Below, piece by piece: positions 32,881 to 35,069 of a stretch of DNA of 35,069 bases. Source of the DNA: Oscillospiraceae bacterium (GTDB taxonomy: Bacteria > Bacillota > Clostridia > Oscillospirales > Oscillospiraceae); the NCBI GenBank assembly GCA_024404735.1, contig JAKSPP010000001.1, positions 1 through 35,069 of the forward strand, given 5' to 3'. Under the pieces are notes generated by a model, which did not search any database, was not told the DNA's origin, and worked only from the letters and a program-made list of their open reading frames with translations. The position numbers and the translations under genes were made by a program. The stretch's first letter is position 1, and each line of letters opens with the position of its first letter.

Positions 32881-34569
32881 ATGAAAAAAGCATTATCCGT
32901 ACTGCTTGTTCTTGTGATGCTCCTTTCTCTGTGTGCCTGCGGCTCCGGTTCCAATGGCTCATCTGCCAAGGGCTCAAATGACAGCGATGATGAAAACCTC
33001 GGCGTTTATGAAATTAAAAAGGCTGTCAAGGGTGAAATATCCGTTGATGTTGATGACCTTTTTGAAGACGGTTTTACCATTGAGCTCAAGGCCAAGGGCA
33101 AGTGCAAGATGAACATCGACGGTCAGGAAGGCAAGGGCGAATGGGAGCTTAACGGAAAGAAAATCGAGATTTCCGGCAGCGGAGTTGAGTTCTCCGGTAC
33201 TCTCAAGAAGGGTATCATGACTCTCACCGACATTGAAGATTCCGGTATTGACATCATCCTTGTTCTTGATGGCGTTGACTATGAGGACGAAGACGCCCCC
33301 GCAAAGAAGGATGATAAGGACGGCAAGGATAAGGGCGAGACCCCTGCTGTTGCCGAGGAATCTATCGAGGGCACCTACGTCTTTACAGCTCTCGGCGAGG
33401 ATTACGAAGGCGTTCTTACACCTGATGCCATGGAGGAATTATTCGGTTCCGACGATTATGTCGATGCACGCATTGTTCTGAACAGTGACGGTACCGGTAC
33501 ATTCTCATTCGATGGCGAAGATGCCGATCTTGAATGGGATGAGACCAGCATTATTGTCGATGACGACCCCGCAGAATATGAAGTCAGAGGCAATGACCTC
33601 ATCCTTACCATCGATGATATGTTCATGGTATTCACCAAAGAAGGCAAGAAGAGCAAGCTTGATCTCATTGCTTACTTTGATGAGCTTGGCTACACATGGG
33701 ATGAGGATATTTATGAGTTTGTTGTAAATGGAGTTTCTCCCTTCACAGGAAGCAACACCAATCCCTCTTCCGGCACAACAACCGAAGGTCCCGCAGTTAC
33801 TTTCCAGGAGTATGTTGTTGTTGACAATGACAAGTGCACCGTCAAGATTACAGGCTTCGATCCCGCAGCAGGCTACTCCGGAAATCAAGTTGAGGTCAAG
33901 GTATATCTTGAGAACAAGACCTCCGATATGACTCTCAGATTCTCCACAGACTACTCCGCACTGAATGGTGTCAGCTCTTACTCCTCTCTTTACGAAGACG
34001 TTACCGCAGGCAAGAAAGCCAATGCAACTATTTCCTTCTGGGATACCGATGTCCTTCGTGAGAACGGAATGGACCTTTTCACCATCGTTGAAATCGGCCT
34101 CCGCGTCAGAGAAGCCGATAATTACAGCGCCGATCCTATTTTCGTCGGAAGCGCAACAATTTATCCCTATGGTGAGTCTGCCGCAAAGAAGTTTGAGAGA
34201 ATTCCCAATGCAAACGACCTTCTTCTCATTGACGAGGCCGGTTATTCCGTAACCATTCTCGACTTTGTCGAAAACGACTGGGGCGACATGGCCCTCGGTG
34301 TTTATGTTGAGAACAACACAGACAAAACACTCTATTTCACTACCGATAATGACGCACTTAACGGCTATATGGTAGATCCTTACTGGGGAGTTGAGGTAGC
34401 ACCCGGCCTGTCTGCATTCTCCGAAATCAGCTTTGATGAGGATGACCTTGCAGAGCTTAATATTAATTCCTACGCCGATATTGAAGAGTATGAGGCCACA
34501 TGGCGCATTATTGACGACAATACATGGACAGACCTTTACAAGGATGTCTGGACAATTACCTTCTCCTGA
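32881..34569 (+). CDS. Lipoprotein of unknown function with two pairs of internally duplicated domains
   Basis: 562 aa with a GGAGGAAA RBS and lipobox MLLSLCAC. The duplicated C-terminal modules align as VKVYLENKTSDMTLRFSTDYSALNG versus LGVYVENNTDKTLYFTTDNDALNG. Confidence 0.75.
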   Translation: MKKALSVLLVLVMLLSLCACGSGSNGSSAKGSNDSDDENLGVYEIKKAVKGEISVDVDDLFEDGFTIELKAKGKCKMNIDGQEGKGEWELNGKKIEISGSGVEFSGTLKKGIMTLTDIEDSGIDIILVLDGVDYEDEDAPAKKDDKDGKDKGETPAVAEESIEGTYVFTALGEDYEGVLTPDAMEELFGSDDYVDARIVLNSDGTGTFSFDGEDADLEWDETSIIVDDDPAEYEVRGNDLILTIDDMFMVFTKEGKKSKLDLIAYFDELGYTWDEDIYEFVVNGVSPFTGSNTNPSSGTTTEGPAVTFQEYVVVDNDKCTVKITGFDPAAGYSGNQVEVKVYLENKTSDMTLRFSTDYSALNGVSSYSSLYEDVTAGKKANATISFWDTDVLRENGMDLFTIVEIGLRVREADNYSADPIFVGSATIYPYGESAAKKFERIPNANDLLLIDEAGYSVTILDFVENDWGDMALGVYVENNTDKTLYFTTDNDALNGYMVDPYWGVEVAPGLSAFSEISFDEDDLAELNINSYADIEEYEATWRIIDDNTWTDLYKDVWTITFS

Positions 34570-34610
34570 TATCGCATAAGCTTATTTGAAACTGCATAGA
34601 CAATATAAAG

Positions 34611-34640
34611 CATCCCCCGCAGGAATACCTGCGGGGGATG
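34611..34640. terminator. Bidirectional terminator between convergent genes
   Basis: CATCCCCCGCAGG-AATA-CCTGCGGGGGATG forms a 13-bp perfect stem with T-rich flanks on both strands. Confidence 0.7.
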
Positions 34641-34672
34641 TTATTATAATATCGCTTTTTTAAGGGCTTAAA

Positions 34673-35069
34673 TCAGGGGAAAAGATTTCCGTAGCCGTAG
34701 CCATAGCTTCCGCCGTTACCAAAACTGTTCCCACGGTTTTCGCTTTGCTGGTTCTGCTGACTCTGGCGGTTCTGAGTATCTCCTTCAGAGGGAATCTCTT
34801 CATCGAAGATAACGGTAAAATCCATTTCAACTCCGCTTCTGTTAACCCTGATAACAGCTGAATCACCTGCCGAGTAGTTTTTCTTTGCGGCAATCAGGTC
34901 GGACATTGTAAGGGTTTCGGTGTCATCGATGGAAATGATGATATCACCGACCTTAAGACCGCATACCTCCGCACATGAGCCTTCTGTTATTCTGTTGATA
35001 TAAACGCCCTGAACCATATTGTAGTAGGAAGCGGCGCTCTTGCTTACTGTAACGGCCTCAATTCCCAGG
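34673..35069 (-). CDS. htrA: HtrA/DegP-like serine protease, C-terminal PDZ domain part (the 5' end lies outside the window)
   Basis: The frame is open to the window edge: LGIEAVTVSKSAASYYNMVQGVYINRITEGSCAEVCGLKVGDIIISIDD..AGDSAVIRVNRSGVEMDFTVIF. This is a PDZ pattern typical of HtrA. It ends in a Q/N- and G/Y-rich tail. Confidence 0.7.
   Translation of the reverse strand, partial: LGIEAVTVSKSAASYYNMVQGVYINRITEGSCAEVCGLKVGDIIISIDDTETLTMSDLIAAKKNYSAGDSAVIRVNRSGVEMDFTVIFDEEIPSEGDTQNRQSQQNQQSENRGNSFGNGGSYGYGYGNLFP

Noticed and set aside
1-35069. CRISPR arrays, tRNA/rRNA genes, IS elements, integrases, phage or defence-system genes, and flanking inverted or direct repeats marking an island.
   Set aside because: I recognised none on either strand. 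The only clear compositional anomaly is the intragenic segment at ~29230-30080, reported as a finding.

Overview
This 35-kb window looks like a chromosomal segment from a Gram-positive Clostridia-type genome. The Ruminococcus/Oscillospiraceae-like assignment is inference from gene content only. Codon bias is strong: in-frame TTA/CTA/TCA codons are almost absent, which creates many long codon-aligned antisense ORFs that I treat as artefacts.

Gene order:
- **1-4475, minus strand:** a nitrogen-assimilation block of asnB (5' part), an ammonium transporter fused to a PII domain, and type III glutamine synthetase (glnN).
- **4476-4895:** a divergent control region with two near-consensus promoters, a GlnR/TnrA- or CodY-like palindrome, and three terminator-like leader hairpins that share the motif GCAAnGGCGTY.
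- **4896-9893, plus strand:** a five-gene split (archaeal-type) glutamate synthase operon.
- **9972-19897, minus strand:** ridA, then pepF, oppA-B-C-D-F and a small membrane ORF. Several Opp components carry unusual extra segments.
- **20150-23900:** yebC, then an isolated rplJ-rplL unit with an L10-type leader, then an alanine/glycine:cation symporter.
- **24148-32713, plus strand:** a six-gene operon-like block. It holds a giant lipoprotein (unknown N-terminal domain fused to a family-1 solute-binding domain), MalF/MalG-type permeases with no ATPase, an HlyD-type adaptor with a helical region of about 490 aa, a MacB-periplasmic-domain-only protein, and DUF554.
- **32881-35069:** a lipoprotein with internally duplicated domains, and the 3' end of an HtrA-like protease.

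I recognised no rRNA, tRNA, CRISPR, transposase, integrase or phage genes.

Best candidates for new biology:
- The shared attenuator-like leader RNAs of the divergent glnN and glutamate synthase operons.
- The composite importer / adaptor / MacB-domain operon.
- An AT-rich mosaic insert of about 850 bp inside the adaptor gene.
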